Under the pieces are notes generated by a model. It was not told where the DNA came from, did not search any database, and saw nothing but the letters and a program-made list of their open reading frames with translations. A DNA stretch of 63,473 nt, counting the filler, from Choristocarpus tenellus KU-1152 (taxonomy: Eukaryota > Protista > Phaeophyceae): the NCBI GenBank assembly GCA_964200185.2. It is 12 parts of 12 records of this genome, joined end to end, with 100 filler letters (N's around TTAATTAATTAA, not from the genome) between each part and the next. Parts side by side here need not be neighbours in the genome. Positions count along the whole stretch, not along the records: positions 50,671 to 54,937 come from CAXNAD020015389.1; positions 55,038 to 60,442 come from CAXNAD020010889.1; positions 60,543 to 63,473 come from CAXNAD020023569.1; 9 more parts are not named here. One strand, written 5' to 3'. Within the stretch, counting starts at the first letter, position 1. Every line of letters begins with the position of its first letter. The position numbers and the translations under genes are program-made. Shown here piece by piece: positions 51,846-63,473 of this stretch.

Positions 51846-53019
51846 CGACATATTGTTGCATGCGTATGCCCTGCAGTAGCCCGCAGCAAGGACGAGCCCA
51901 AAGCCCTATTTCTTTTTTTGGCATGTCTCAAGAACGTGCACACACAAGGGAGGACACAAACGCCTGAGAGCTGGGCCACGCCTCCCACAAAATCACATCC
52001 TTGATTGTTGATTCCTCGCACTACTCACTCCTCAGGGTTTCCCAGACATGTGCATTGCGTACCAACTTCTCCATGTACTGCATGCGACCAGAATAGTCAC
52101 GATCTACTCAACAGCATTGTAGCCGACTGTACCCTTTCCACTATACCCTTTCAGCGCTGTTCTCTGTACAACCACGCACCCTTACCATCATTCAGCACTT
52201 GGCTATTTTAAACTCACTCAATGCGGGGTGACTTACCTCTACTGTTACGCTCATGATTATTTTTACTATATTATTATTTTTTCAAAGCTAAATTTGTTCT
52301 TGTCCTAAGGGAGAGAGTTGAAGCAGTGTGCTAAGTATGTTGACAGTAACATTCTATGCAAATACATAAAAAAAACTTGTATATATATATATATATATCA
52401 TAGAGAGAGAGAGAGATGCACATATGTACATACGCATTTACAGTGATGGGTGGAAAGGTTTGCTTTACAGCACGAACCCCAAACATGCACAACCAGAGAA
52501 TATCAGTATAGGAGGTGTAATTGGTTTATCACCACTACCTTTATATTCATAACTACAAGAACGCCTTCCATCCCCTTTCTGTATTTTCAAGCCAGCAATT
52601 GTGCACTAGACGGTGTCATTATTTCTCTGTTTCAGTTGCAGTGGTAAAAAGACTCATTTCTCGAGCCTGGTAGGTCGCTCCCCCTCCCCCCCATAGATAC
52701 AACTTCCACAGACAAAACAGATATTTTGCACTTTTGGAGGAGAGACGAATCCATGTCTACATGCATCACTCCACAACTTGGATCACAAGTCCTGCTCCCA
52801 TGGCACCATGAAAGTGTGTGTGTACCTTGGACTGGAGTAGGGGAAAACAATTGCACCACCCCCTCTCCCTGCACTGCTTTACACAGATGTCATTGAACAG
52901 GTTGTCACCAAACGGATGTATGAGAATATCTTTTGGAAGATCCCAAACTTCTGTTCATCGAGGATACAACCTAATCATGTCTTCACTAGGTTCAAATAAA
53001 TGAGTTATTCCCCCCTCAC

Positions 53020-53957
53020 CTGCGCGTCAGTATTGAGGCACCAGAATTCTACCCCGGGGATAGATTGCTGAGTCATGCGCTGCACCGCATTGCCACCACC
53101 GCCTCCTACGCCAATCACCTGAACGGTCATATTTGAGACAAGCCCCGTGCCCCAGGGAAAAGAGGAGGCATGGAATGGTCCGTTTCATCCATTTCCAGTC
53201 ACCGCGAGGAGGATACAAGATACAAGTGCCCCTTCTGTTCCATCATTCCATATTTCTCTATGTGTGAAAAGAGCAGAAACGAGATATTCCATTGTACAGA
53301 GGGAACGAGAAAGAAGAAAAGACTATTCACATCTACAAATAAAAGGACACCACTGCCAAAAGCGCTTCGCTCTTCCAAACGGGTCTTCACCATGACAATA
53401 CCACAAGGAAAGCGACTGATGGAGTGAAAAAATAACTACTGCGTGACTCGCGCCAGTGAACATCAAGGTTACCACAGCCACTACCGAAAGCAAAATACGA
53501 AAATGTACAAAATATTGGGCATGCATACTAGGGCAACTGAGATATCAAATCTAACCCAGCTATTTACTCGAGAGATTCGAACATACCAAACAGAGAAGAG
53601 CTGAAAAATTGAGCTTATCTTAGTGGAGCATTCGGTGGGCACTCCGTTGGGTTCATCTCGTCAACACATGGTGCCCTATGCTTAAGGATATACCAACCGC
53701 CAAAGTCAGCCACAGGATATCAAATTGTGGTGGGAAATGATACTAACCTTTATAACACAAGGTGAAACACCACCCTCAGGCAGCACCTCGCTACGCAAAG
53801 ATGCTACCCCTCCACGAGGTCCTCCTCGTGACAATGGTACATTCCTCAACCTCGATAGTGACCCAGATAGAGGACTAAACGAGACAGAGGAGTAGAAAGC
53901 CGCCCCTGGCACCACAAACAGAGTCGCCACCGCAGCAAGGCTTAATCTGCCCACCAT
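53020..53957 (-). CDS. ftsZ: Plastid division protein FtsZ, first two exons
   Basis: Exon 1 53957-53748: signal peptide ending GAA|F, transit peptide, SPCVIK. Exon 2 53118-53020: [27 protein letters not shown], the FtsZ N-terminal signature. GT-AG, phase 0. Confidence 0.95.
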
Positions 53958-55382
53958 GAAAGCTCTTTGCCAAATAAGACTGGGATGTTTGGTTGAGTGG
54001 TTCCTGGGCGTATTGCAGGCACCCCTAGCCCCAGCCTTAAGGGCCATTGAGGCGGGACTATACTGTTGGTGACTGTGGATAGAAGATTTTCGTTGTGAGG
54101 CGTCAATTGTGTAGATTGAGAGCGAGGCTTGGCACGTCATACGAGGTACTCAACCTGGCTCTTGTCACAAACACTAAACCCAACATGACAACTACAGACA
54201 ACGTGAAAACGAACAGACAGCTCTAAAGTGAGCTCTAGAGCGCATGGAACTATTGATATCGATCATTGATTAATATTGTCGATACCAGATTCGATTGGAA
54301 AACGAAGAGGGAGTTCGAAACAAACAAACCTCTAGAGTGAGTAAGTACCTTGGAATTATTGATACCGATTATCAACGTATCGATGTTTAACGATAGTCGA
54401 TTCCTGATTTCATTGAATGATACATAGTTGGTTTCCCCCGGACACATCTGCAAAATGTCAGAGGGCATAATAGTAAAAATACATAGTATTGACATAATAT
54501 TACTACATAATATTAGTACTCTTGTAAACTATATGTATGAAGTAATATATTTTAGAAAGATACGGCTAGGTCAGAATTACGAAGTTACATTTTCTGTATT
54601 ACAATACTTGATAGAAGTGTAGTGGTGTAGTGTACCTGGTATTCAAGTAGTAAATAGATGCTGGAGAGATATCGTTCACATTTACAGTAACTGTTACTTT
54701 TAGGGGTCCTTACGATATTGGTTTGACTTTTTGTCTGACGCATCTACAAAATGTCCAAGGGCATAATAATATATTTCATACATAGTTTACAAAAACTCTT
54801 GCCTCCACTACTACTGCATTATGAAATATGTAATACAACACAATCAAGATTTATCCTACGTATTCATGACGTTTGAACAGCCGATCACCAAAATTGAGGA
54901 TGGAGCATACTATGGAGGATGAGTTTGACCCAAAGTGNNNNNNNNNNNNNNNNNNNNNNNNNNNNNNNNNNNNNNNNNNNNTTAATTAATTAANNNNNNN
55001 NNNNNNNNNNNNNNNNNNNNNNNNNNNNNNNNNNNNNGTCCTGTGCCCCCAGCCAACCAGAATTCTCCCGCCCACAAAACTCAGTTTACTTCATAAACTC
55101 TCACATTTATTGATGTCATTTGTGAATGGTTCAGATCTCTTGATATTCAACCTTTCACTGGCTGATCAGTAGTATCAAGATCTAAATACATCAACAGGTG
55201 AGTACTCCTGCCAGGCAAAAACACAAGGTGTCGGATCTCATAATATACACCACATGGAGCCTGAGATATTTCGCTCCACAAGAACTATATCTAGGAATTC
55301 CTTGGCTGTGACAGTAGCTAGTCTCATACGGTAATGCTGTACACTTCTCCTGCCTTTCCACCTTTTTATACCAGTACCTACT

Positions 55383-55643
55383 GAGTGTTAGTATCTTAGA
55401 GGGTACGAGTTTTGCCCTGTTTGTCTGTTTGTGACTTGACTTCCCACGTGTTTTTTTATGACATTTTACCTACTCCAAAACCATTTTGGAGTAGGTAAAA
55501 TATATACGATATGAGAAGGTGAATCTGGAACAAGGATATTGACACTTCCTAAGAAACACGATAGCCAAAATTACATCAAAATCGCAACATTGGATTTTGG
55601 CCCTCAAACGGACACGGCTCTATCCTCTAAGATACTTTGACTG
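55383..55643 (-). mobile_element. MITE family A, full inverted copy
   Basis: Both TIRs and the hairpin are present. Flanks ACT/AGT. Confidence 0.9.
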
Positions 55644-56652
55644 AGTACAGGTTGGGGGAATTTGATGAGACTGATCAATTTCAACAGTGATGTGGCGGAG
55701 CATTCGAGCATTCACCTAGACAGAGCCTCAACAGAAGCTCATAGGGTGTGCTTAGGTAACACTCTGGAATAAATGTTAGGAGACCTATCTGCTTGAGCTG
55801 ACAGTTGAATAATGAAGTAGTCAAATACCAGGCTCTCCATTCAGTGACACAAAAAAATGCGGAAGAGGTAGGATCCCATTCATTTAAGGCCATACCTCCA
55901 GGTGGGTGGGGCACCTGCACCTACAGTAAACCCACCTCAATGTGGAGATACATGTACTGTATGGAAGAAATATTGAGGGGTCCCTAATCCAAGGAGTGTA
56001 CAAGAAGTTCTTGGCAGTGAACTATAAATGGCATTTGTACAACACCTCTCATGCTTCCAGCCTTTGTTTTTGTCAATTTCATAGATGTTGAATCGAAGTA
56101 TTTGATGCACACACTAAATGTTGTTGGTTTCAACAAAGAGTCAAAGGAAACGAAAGGTACCTAGGCTTTGACCGTTTTTCAGTTTTTTGCCACTTTCTTA
56201 ATCTTTGAAAACTCACCTATATTTCTATAAATGTAGTACGAAAATTGATTTGAGAGTGTAGATTTTTCTATTTTTCTAATATTTTCGGCAGAATGTAGAA
56301 AAGTCCCTGTACAAAATGTCTAAATTTACACATAAGAGTCAGCATCCTAAACATGCAACCCTGGGGACCTCTCACTTAGACATAGACCATCACTGTACTG
56401 GAGCACAACTCCACCGATCTCAATAGATACTAACTCTCACATTGTTCCCCTTCGCACTGAACACGAGTAACTTGGACTGTTGGAAGCATGGAAAGTTAGG
56501 CATCATCATAACCTCGAGATATGATTTTGATTTGCATGGTCATGTCCTTAAACCCCCCTCATGAGTAGGTACAGTTGGACAGAAAAACTACAGTACAACA
56601 CACGCATGCACATACACACAAGACTTCAGGGAGTCATTCTTACAAATCTCAC

Positions 56653-59600
56653 CCGCTCAAAGACCTGCAAGGAAGAGCCAAAGAACAGCTCCCCCCTCAA
56701 CTCCACACACACAACCTTTTCACGGTAATCCTTCACAACGGATCAAACAAGCGCACCAAGTTGTAGCAGACAGTCAGTGTAAGGTTACATGGATAGTGGG
56801 TACTGGTGAAGTCAGAAGGCCGGCAAACAAGCAAAACAAGACCAGATTTATGTCCTCTTATTGAAGAAACGCCATTTGCTCAGCAAGGAGAATTGCAGCA
56901 GAGTTTGGATAGAGCTATTGTTAACTTTTGGAAGAGAGTGAAATCAAGGGCTGAGATACAAACAGGTGGGCAATAGCCATGAGAGCCTTCTAATAATATC
57001 AGTGAATATTGCCACTCACTGGCCTATACAGGCCTGTGGTCAGAAACAAAAAACGACAAGGAATAAAAGGAATAAAAAAATCAACAAAAATATTAATATT
57101 TTTCCACAGGAAAATACAACACTGTCAGCCCAAACCCGCTATTGTGTAAGATACATCACTTCCTTTGCATTCCTTAGGTTGCTTGTAAAGGGTTAAATCA
57201 GTGTTAAGAAGAGTGCATATAGACCAATTGCCCTGAGTACATGCAGACCCACTTGTATACTGCGCAGCTTGTTACACATATATTTTTGTTTTTTTCCTTG
57301 CACTAAACAGGCACACCTAATCTCACCACGGCAATCCTTTGACAACCCCAACTGCATTACATAGCTCCAAGTCTCTCCTGCAATCACAACTCTCAAATCA
57401 AACAGAGAGACGAGAAACCTACCTGAAGGATGCACCTCTGTGTTGCTGGCCTCATTGTCCTACCCCTCTTCCATACCCTCTGCAAGTTGTTCCTAGTTCC
57501 CACATTGGTTAGTAGATTAGTTCAAGGACACTAGGGACACAAGAATAATATTTTTTCAGGAGGAAAAAAACATCCACGTACTACTACGAAGTGTATTTAC
57601 ACCTGAAGGACAATGCTACCTGAGAACAACTGTTGCTGTATCATAACGGCAAGATGCAATGCAAGATGTTGATGACATTATTCTGCTGGAGGGCTTGAAA
57701 CATGCACAGGAAGGGGGCAGGGCAGAGGGGATTCCAGTTCACGGCATAGACAACTGGGAAGGGGAAAACTAATTCCAAGCAAGTCTCCACTTTCCCCTCA
57801 ATTTTCAGGTATACACCAGAAACGATGAAAAGGGGGAATTCCTCACCCACAAGAAGATTTTTCCTCAGATGTGTATCTATGGGTGGGTAGAAAGAGACTC
57901 TCCTTACTGAAGACCTCATCACGGTGGATTTGATCAGATTCAACATGACAGGCCAGACTAGGCGAGAAGTTCAACAAATAACAAAATAAGCATGGCGATG
58001 GCTAGCATAATGATGAGTGTAAGTGACTTAGCCAGACAAATCACGGACGACCACCATAGTCCATCTGAAGGGCATCAGGTCCTTTGGAACCTTTTCGCCC
58101 GAGACGGGACAACGGAAAGAGCTGTTCCACGACTGAAACTCGATAATCTTTATCTCTTTATGGTATTGGAACGGTTGGTGAAGAAGATGATATCACCTAA
58201 AGATGGGCCTGGTGAGCAGGGACCACTAAGTAATATGCACATTTGTCTTGGAGGGGACTATTTCATGGAGGCACAACAAGTAGAAGGACGGGGGCGTGCT
58301 GCTAGGATTGACCTACAGGATATAGAGCTTGTGAAAGTTATAGAATGCGCCAATGTCTATATAATTTATAGTTAAGTAGTCATATTAGGGTGATGATAGT
58401 GATCAAGAGGGAGGCTATCTGCACAGATCTAGCAGGCCCGAACCCCTTCGACCCCAGATTTCTTCTTCACGATATCTGGTTCCAGTTGTGCTATTTCACA
58501 TGGCAACCACAACGAGTTGTAAACCTACACTATCCTGTCTGTGGTGTACCATAAAAACCACGGACCAAGATCAAGGTGAATGGAGGGAATGTAGCACAAC
58601 TAGTCGTATTGCAACACACAGTTGGTCAGTAGCTAGTATGAGAAGTGGTCTAGTACATAGGCAGGCCTCTGACTACAGGAGGCCCCTGACTACAGGTTGC
58701 GATCATTCCAGACTATTACTATGATCAAAGCAAAAAAGACATCAGTTGATGTCAGAGTGAAAGTGTTATAAAGGGTACGGGTTTTGCCCTCATTATCCAT
58801 TTGGGGCTTGGCTTCCCACGGGTTTTTAATGACATTTTACCTACTCCAAAATGTTTCGGAGTCGGTAAAATGTGTATGTTATAAAAAGGTGTGTCTGGAA
58901 CAACGATATTGACATCTCCTAACAAACATGATATAGCCGAAATTACATCAAAGCCGCAACATTGGATTTTTGCCCCCCAAATGGACACGGCCCTACCCTC
59001 TAAGATACTTTGACTCTCAGGTAGCACCTCTACGAAAGTCGGACCTATAGGGAGGTATTAGGATTGACGACTAGTACGTGTGGAGGACTGACAGAGTTTA
59101 CGACCGCAATTTCAATTCACTTGCCCTTCTGTTGTTTCCCTCCATTCTGAACGTTATACAGGTTCCTGTAATGTTTGTGAAGTGCCAGGGAGGGAACAAG
59201 GCGTACAGCAATTGCCCAAAATGCGCAGGGACTAATTGGGTAACGGCTATGATCAACCACAATGGCACAAACACTGGAGCATCAACCATGAGAAGAAAGA
59301 TGAGAGACAGGGAAGGGGAAAAGGGAGAGGAGATGCCAGCAATGCTGGAGATGGAGGAGGAAAGGTTGATGATACAATAGAGCCCGTCTCCTCACCTTTG
59401 TTCTGAGGCATAGCTGACTACAAAGCTCAGCACAGAACATCCAGCTCCCACCAAGAGGCCTTCATTGAGACCCACCACCTGGATCCCAACAAACTAAAGC
59501 AGGGGTTGCACACCACAGGGAGAAAGAGAAACAATGAATGGGACATTCAACATCAACCAACCAGATCCAGAAAGTGTGAGTGGGTGAGATCTGCAAGTGA

Positions 59601-60212
59601 TACCAAATATGGAGAGACGGAGGTAGAGATCTGTTTAAAGCCAGCGGATCTTCAAACGAGGGAAAAATAAGAGTTGTTCCATTAGTGTGTAAGTTGCCTG
59701 TAGTGCAAAATTATTTCCCCCTCAATCCTGCCATAACCAACTAATCAGTCGCAGATTTCCTCTCCTTCATAGAGTCTTGCGTTCACTGCCACCCTTCCCT
59801 AGACAGAGTACAAGAGTAGCTGCGGGCAGGAAGGGTCAAGCCCACAAGCCAATCCAATAGATACAAACACTACATGGCAAAGCTCTTAACACAGTTACAC
59901 AACAACTGCTCATCACGACTAGAGGTCTCTCAAAACCAACGAAACGAAAACAAAGAGATGAAACGGGCATGTAAGACCGCCCCCATATCTAGTCTGTTAA
60001 TAAACACTCATAGCAGCACAGTGCCATCTACAAGATTGCAATTTTCAGTCATGAACAATGGCCACTGCTGATTAATTCATAAGGGGAAAGGGCATCAAAG
60101 GCTCTTTCAATCATTACCAGCAGCCAGCTTACCGTGCACACAAGCACAAAGTACTCCTGGGGTAAGACCTTTTCTCGGATCTCCCACAGCCATTCCACAC
60201 ACAGCTCCACAG
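56653..60212 (-). CDS. SulP/SLC26 anion (sulfate/bicarbonate) transporter with STAS domain, four internal exons
   Basis: Exons 60212-60133 (VELCVEWLWEIREKVLPQEYFVLVCT), 59493-59396 (FVGIQVVGLNEGLLVGAGCSVLSFVVSYA), 57492-57423 (RVWKRGRTMRPATQRCILQ, with a TACTAAC branch site upstream) and 56730-56653 (VVCVELRGELFFGSS, STAS start). Phases are compatible. Confidence 0.87.
58755..59016 (-). mobile_element. MITE family A, full inverted copy in a SulP intron, TSD TCA
   Basis: TCA|GAGTGAAAGTG...AGATACTTTGACTC|TCA. Confidence 0.9.
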
Positions 60213-61095
60213 CTGTGGACGGTCCCACACAGGAAGCAAGGTCAGGGGAACATCAAGCGTACGTTCTTACAACAGATTAGTTCCAACCATGTCATGCAAT
60301 AGCTAACACTTTAACTGTGTAAACGTGGGGACAGGCCAGAATTAATATTACATTTATGTTTTATATGTACATAATGGGGGGGGGGGGAAGTACCAATAAT
60401 ATCCCTTTTGAAAAAAATGTATTTCTCCCCCCCAGATCGGAANNNNNNNNNNNNNNNNNNNNNNNNNNNNNNNNNNNNNNNNNNNNTTAATTAATTAANN
60501 NNNNNNNNNNNNNNNNNNNNNNNNNNNNNNNNNNNNNNNNNNAGTTCTCCCTCCTCCCCCCCCCCCGCCCTTTTCCGTTTTTGTAACCCCCCCCCCCCCC
60601 CCCCCCACAGATACTTTGAGTCGCGAGGTTGCAGGGATTTATTTTTCTAGGCTGCAACAGGGAATCATATGTGAGGTGGTAACATATTCCTTCTGACCAT
60701 ACACCTCATCCAGCAATGCTTCAGTCCACTTTGCCTCGACACAGAAACTGAGGTATGAGAACCAGGGTCATAGTCCCTGGGGTTGAGTTGCGGTCAATAA
60801 TCTAGTGTACACAATCTTCTAAGGTCATGGGCCATTTTGAGAGTCTGAACATGTAGTCTCTTTCGAGTTAATTACACCCAAGTCACAGGTCCGTTCAGGA
60901 GCGGATCCACAGACCTACACCAGGACTGGACCCTTGGAAGTCACCCACACTTGTGCTTGAAACAGTTGCTGATGATAGAACTGATTTTGTCACTGACCTT
61001 CATTTTCAGCTTCTGCCAGGGTCGTGTAGCCAACAATACCATATCCTGAAACGGGTTTGAGGACATACTGTTCCAACTGAGTCCGGGTCTGTATT

Positions 61096-61268
61096 GACCC
61101 AAAGTATCTGGGGGGGGGGGTTTACAGCAGAGTGTCGACCCAAAGTATCTGGGGGGGGGGGGTTACAGCAGAGTGTCCATTTGGACTAAAACCAGGAAAA
61201 GTGCACTTTCATTATCCATCAAACGTAGGGAACCANNNNNNNNNNCCCCCCCCCAGATACTTTGACCC
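61096..61268. mobile_element. MITE family B copy (gapped), apparent TSD TATT, one end tandemly duplicated
   Basis: TATT|GACCCAAAGTATCT-polyG ... polyC-AGATACTTTGACCC|TATT. The 41-bp end is repeated at 61096 and 61137. Confidence 0.82.
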
Positions 61269-61302
61269 TATTGTTTTGCCCAAAATGCCACATTTGGACC
61301 AG

Positions 61303-61385
61303 GATCCGAGGCCACAATATTCGCAGCATCTTGACTTCACCTCGCTCTGTTGTTCATGTGCTGATCCCAGTATGCTTCTCCCAAG
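61303..61385 (+). CDS. Possible exon of an unidentified gene
   Basis: Strong donor AAG|GTAAGC at 61386, uncertain acceptor, two open frames, no motif recognised. Confidence 0.2.
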
Positions 61386-63097
61386 GTAAGCATTGATGGG
61401 AACCGGAGGTGTGAGGTTTTAATCCACCCACACCACCCACTACATACCACATTATCGAAATATCACCACAGTAAAGAGATCATGCGACATGCTTCGTATT
61501 CAGTGTCTGAGTCCTGGCTTGCTTCCAGTGTCATGTGCATTTGGGCAAGGCCTGAGTTCTGCTAGAATCACAAATGCTGGGTTTCTGGACCTATAATTCC
61601 TGTTCTATATATCTATGGACATGCATTCCTAAGAACCCGCAAAAATCCGGTGAAATGCTCTGCAAGCCCAAATATAGATGATTGTGGGAAGGAAACTGGG
61701 GCTTTTATAGTGACTTGCTTGGTTTGAATTGTCAAGCACACCATGATATTTCCTCCTATAATGGAGGCCCATGCCCCATGGATTTACACAATGAGGTTGA
61801 ACAGTAGTACTTAAATCTACAAGATTTGCCTCGAATTCGTACAAGCGCAAAATATGCACTACACTCTTCATATTACCAGACGACGGGGTAGAGTAAGCTG
61901 CGATATGAACATTGGACATTTTTTGCCAAATGTTGCTTAGTGTGAGCTTCTGCTAGTACTTGTTCTGGGTGCTCCTAATGGTTTAAAAACCAGGAGCATA
62001 TAGGACTCTCGAATTCCACTTGTTGCAGGATGCCTGGTTTTGTTAGGCTTCAACTGCTGATACTTGCTTGAGAAATGATGTCTCACACTCCCCAACTATT
62101 CTCCCACATCCACTGTAGTGCACCGTCTGACAACCCTTGAGGCAAGTAACCAGAAAGCTGCAAATAACTAAGAATTAGGACATAAACTGTTCAAATATCC
62201 CAAGTCCAAGGAGTTGTGCGAAGGTGTACAGCCCACTTGTGAGTTGTAGTGACTTACCATAGAACTTGCATGACTGTGACCGTCAGTGAATGTCTTCAAT
62301 CCTCTTGATAAATTCATCTACACAAAACATGTGTAGAAAAAAATTCGGAACAATAAAAATTCTCTGTCTGGATGTGTATAGACAACTTCGGAAATGCGTA
62401 CGAACTCTCCGTCCAAGATAATGCGCACCTAAGCAAAAAGTGCAAACGTTCCGTATCAGGGTCACAAAAGCACGTTCCGCCCTCCTAAATCGCCCCGTTG
62501 TTTCAGTCACCTGTTATCTAACTTGGCATCCTAAAATTATTGTTCTATAAAAAAGCCTTGTATTCGATTCCTGCTGGGCTCTTCCCTCATCTCTCTACAT
62601 ATTGATTTGGTATTTACTTTGGCGGAAAATATTTTTTCTCATCTCTAGAACAGTTTACCAACACTATGTCCCACAAATCTCATTAATTAGTTCCTCTGAG
62701 TTTTGTCATGAACTCCTACGAAACGGCTTTCTGAATCTCTGGAAAAAGTGCACAAAATCTGATAGCTTGTACAGATCGATTTTGTGCTAAATGTCTACAA
62801 CAGCTTATTCACTGTGCACAACTCGTGAGGCGTAGAATGACTTTCCATCCAGGGCTAAATGAGTACATCAACTGAGCAGTAGACATTTCAACGCATGGAA
62901 TACATAAGCTGTAACTGTACCTCAACGGAGTAGTTGATAGAGCCGCTCTACCATGGTGATTTTAATGTGCCCACTTCAATGAGCACATACATAGGCATAC
63001 AAATACACTGGAGGAGAGTGTTCAATGAATACATACTTGCATACATACATGCAGACAGACAGTCATACATATCCACACAGACGAAGCAATAAGAGTT

Positions 63098-63357
63098 GAG
63101 TGTGAAAGTATCTTAGAGGCTAGAGCCACGTCTGTCTGGGGTCCAAAGTCCAATGTTGCTATTTTGATGTAATTTTGACTATTGTTTTTGTTAAGAAGTG
63201 TTGATATCCTTGTTCCAGACACACCTTTTCGTAACATATACATTTTACCTACTCCAAAACATTTCGGAGTAGGTTAAATGCCACAAAAAAACGTGGGAAG
63301 TCAAGCCCCAGATGGAAAAACAGGGCCATACTCATACCCTCTAAGAGACTTTCACTC
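63098..63357 (+). mobile_element. MITE family A, full copy, TSD GTT
   Basis: GTT|GAGTGTGAAAGTATCTT...GACTTTCACTC|GTT. Confidence 0.9.
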
Positions 63358-63473
63358 GTTGTCATTTGTGATTTCACACCCACTACAGTCGGGAGGGTCA
63401 TTACATTCTCCCCTCTCTCCCATATCTGACTCTTCACCCACATATGGGTCAAAGTATCTGGGGGCGGGGGCGG

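Noticed and set aside
51395-52021. Four overlapping 130-170-aa ORFs
   Set aside because: They are translations of a TA/CA microsatellite.
12432-54140. Apparent cluster of plastid genes (glutaredoxin, ctpA, ftsZ) and of glycosylation genes (GT92, O-FucT)
   Set aside because: Each lies on a different contig joined artificially, so linkage cannot be inferred.
57847-57957. Exon-like segment inside a SulP intron
   Set aside because: The flanking exons join in phase without it and give normal TM-to-STAS spacing.
57992-58375. 127-aa plus-strand ORF
   Set aside because: It is antisense within a SulP intron with no recognisable domain.
3026-63357. Repeated ~250-bp hairpin-containing element as an ncRNA or CRISPR-like repeat
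   Set aside because: It is dispersed in both orientations with TIRs and TSDs, so it is a MITE and not an array.

Overview
Eukaryotic nuclear DNA from a photosynthetic stramenopile, most likely a brown alga or close relative. This is inferred from bipartite plastid presequences with an ASAF-type cleavage site, many short exons and TTAGGG-type repeats. The window is not contiguous. It is 12 short contigs joined by 11 artificial 100-nt linkers (N44-TTAATTAATTAA-N44), so adjacency across linkers has no biological meaning. Reading splice sites by hand gives one complete gene (condensin II kleisin NCAPH2, 3 exons) and seven partial intron-rich genes: plastid glutaredoxin-domain protein, ankyrin-repeat protein, GT92-like glycosyltransferase, O-fucosyltransferase, CtpA/S41A protease (with a GC-AG intron), plastid FtsZ and a SulP/STAS anion transporter. 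The rest is decayed mobile DNA: Gypsy/chromovirus, two Copia, pogo-like, DD39D mariner, and two abundant MITE families sharing termini. I found no RNA genes, no CRISPR and no demonstrable new multi-gene system. The best leads are (1) the two MITE families with shared ends, variable 3/4-bp TSDs, a conserved hairpin or poly-G arms, (2) telomere-like micro-repeats at branch-point position in introns, (3) a sharp CpG gradient suggesting DNA methylation, and (4) a PHD-like finger in front of a pogo transposase.
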